DNA of 62,812 nucleotides, counting the filler, from Globobulimina sp. (lineage: Eukaryota), in NCBI GenBank assembly GCA_003354225.1. It is 36 parts of 36 records of this genome, joined end to end, with 100 filler letters (N's around TTAATTAATTAA, not from the genome) between each part and the next. Parts side by side here need not be neighbours in the genome. Positions count along the whole stretch, not along the records: positions 61,166 to 62,812 come from PIVH01013673.1; 35 more parts are not named here. The stretch is one strand, 5' to 3'. Below the pieces are notes generated by a model. It saw only the letters and a list, made by a program, of their open reading frames with translations, was not told where the DNA came from and searched no databases. Below are positions 61,166 through 62,812 of the stretch, one piece after another. How positions within the stretch are numbered: position 1 is the stretch's first letter; the number at the start of each line of letters is the position of its first letter. The translations under genes were made by a program, and so were the position numbers.

Positions 61166-62812
61166 GCTCACAGATTGTTGGAACAGCCCTGTGAGGGTAA
61201 AAATGAACCCTAGGCTGGGTTCGGCTGACAAAGTGAAACGTTTGTATTTGGCGAAATGTGTTGAATTGATTGAAGGTATAATGAGGTTGCTGTTACGTGG
61301 ATGATTTCTGCCAACGTATGCTAGTCTGTCTGCAATGCCATTGAAGACTTGCGCATGGGGTTTCGTGTGCGACTTTACTTTCCAGAGTATGATTTTAAGA
61401 TCGATGATATGTTTTTGGGTTTCTCTGTACAATGCAGCATATTTCATTTTATTGGAGTTCTTTGGGGTGGTTATTAGGGAGATGAAGTTGGTCATGGAAT
61501 CTGTGAACAATATGATGCGCCTATTTCCTGTGTTAACACGGCAGTGTTTGAGGAGGAATTTAGTTTTACCAATGGCAAGCAGTTCACCATAGTGATTTGT
61601 TTGGGAGCCTATTGGTTGGGAGAAGCAATGTATTTTATTGTGATCTTTGATCATGACTCCGATTCCAGTGCGATTATCATCACGGGAGGAATCCGTTGCT
61701 AGAATGATGTCAGTATGCCTTATTTTGTGCCTGTAATTGAACCAATCATTCAGGTTGTTGTTTTTGATGTGGTGTATAATCATATGATTGGGGACGAGGC
61801 TGTGTTGATTTGTGCAGTATCTTAGCGAGATTTCGTTATTATGAATGCGATATACTGTGTTCAGGAAGCGGTGTGACTGCGAAATAATGCTTCGGTGTGA
61901 GGGTGTTTCGGGAGTGGGAGACATCAATGTTGACGTGTTTGTAAGTGAAGGACAGGTCATTTTCATCAAAGCAGTTGACTCCACAGATTATCTCCCACAG
62001 GGTATGGCTGTTGGATCGGACATCCATACAGAATTCGATGATGCTTTGCATGAAGATTTGGTTATGGAATCTATTAATTTTGGAGCCAATTCGAGCAAAT
62101 GATGCTCTTGCATGGTTTTTAGGTGTAACGGAAGGTATTTAGAACAGGGCAGTGGATGCATAAATGGACCTCAATGGGATTGGGAGTGTCCATTTTACAT
62201 AGGTTACAATGGTTGGTTTTTTGATTAAAGAAATAGAACAATTCTCGATATTGTTCGATCATATCTTTGTTGACAAAAGTGTCCAGGTCATGTACTTCGT
62301 AGGTATTCATTGCTTTGTAGTCAGTGAGATGGTGTTTAAGTATTTGGAATGGATGATATCTGTGTAAGGAAGCAACTATTTGTTGGTGTTGGTGTTTGAC
62401 TATAATCGGACGAAGCTCTGAGGGTTGTAAGACATCATTAAATAGGTCAATATTTCGAGGGACATTGTCAATTATTCTGGTTTCACCCGGCAGCCATTTG
62501 TGTTTCAGAGCAGTGTATTGTTTATAGAGAGTGTAGTTGTTTATATTCGGGAGTGAGTTCCAGAGATGCATATATGAGATGGGTTTATTTTTGGTCAATT
62601 TCCAATAGAACGCTATCTTTAAGACAGCCCATCTTTCAGCAGGGGAAGGGATGCCGGCAAAAATGGAGAATCGTTTGAAAATGAAATTCTTTATTCTAGT
62701 TTGTGTGTGGATAGTTTTGATTTGTTTGTCTAGGGCAGCTTCAAGGTTAATTTCATCACAATCAAGAACTTGCGCGAATATTTCAGTGTATACTAAATAA
62801 AATGTTTTTAGT
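61166..62812 (-). mobile_element. Degenerate non-LTR retrotransposon 3' region: CCHC zinc knuckle followed by RNase H; frameshifted
   Basis: CNLC..HLCIHCP (zf-RVT-like); RNase HI residues ATDSS, NHYGELLAI, FTDS, KVKSH..N.IADRLA; stops/frameshifts between ~61980 and 62120. Confidence 0.75.

Noticed and set aside
1-62812. Operon-like or defence-island interpretation of neighbouring genes (nuclease, ART-like, helicase, RNase H)
   Set aside because: These genes lie on different contigs ordered only by length, so adjacency carries no information

Overview
This window is not one locus. It is 36 unrelated short contigs (about 1,647-1,649 bp each, in descending length order) joined by an artificial 100-bp linker (44 N + TTAATTAATTAA + 44 N), so neighbourhood is only meaningful within a contig. 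Most contigs come from an AT-rich, gene-dense microbial eukaryote with short GT-AG introns and the standard genetic code. The family signatures suggest a foraminiferan (Rhizaria), which is an inference. Recognisable products include a sigma-type GST, mitochondrial aspartate aminotransferase, a divergent ER-type Hsp70, a BIG/Sec7 DCB domain, a TIP30-like SDR, TVP38/TMEM64, SRP68, an ABCG transporter, C2H2 and CCCH zinc-finger proteins, TRM5, a DHHC palmitoyltransferase, a DUF4833-like protein, RINT1, a kinase, a sulfatase, DUS1, an RCC1-repeat protein, a C-type lectin, an MPPED-like phosphoesterase, DDX24, a CX5R phosphatase, an ML-domain protein and a degenerate non-LTR retroelement with RNase H. 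One contig is phage-like (T4 gp47-like nuclease), and two contigs end in abrupt prokaryotic gene fragments (MCP, TrxB), most likely chimeras. Top leads: (1) a short helical motif, [LF]xx[GA][YW]xR...[IW]PxxIxxxxxx[FY], at the N- or C-terminus of four unrelated proteins with different interaction domains, a candidate lineage-specific F-box/SOCS-box-like adaptor system; (2) a family of ExE-type ADP-ribosyltransferase-like proteins; (3) an inverted tail-to-tail gene duplication; (4) several secretory-pathway versions of normally cytosolic enzymes.
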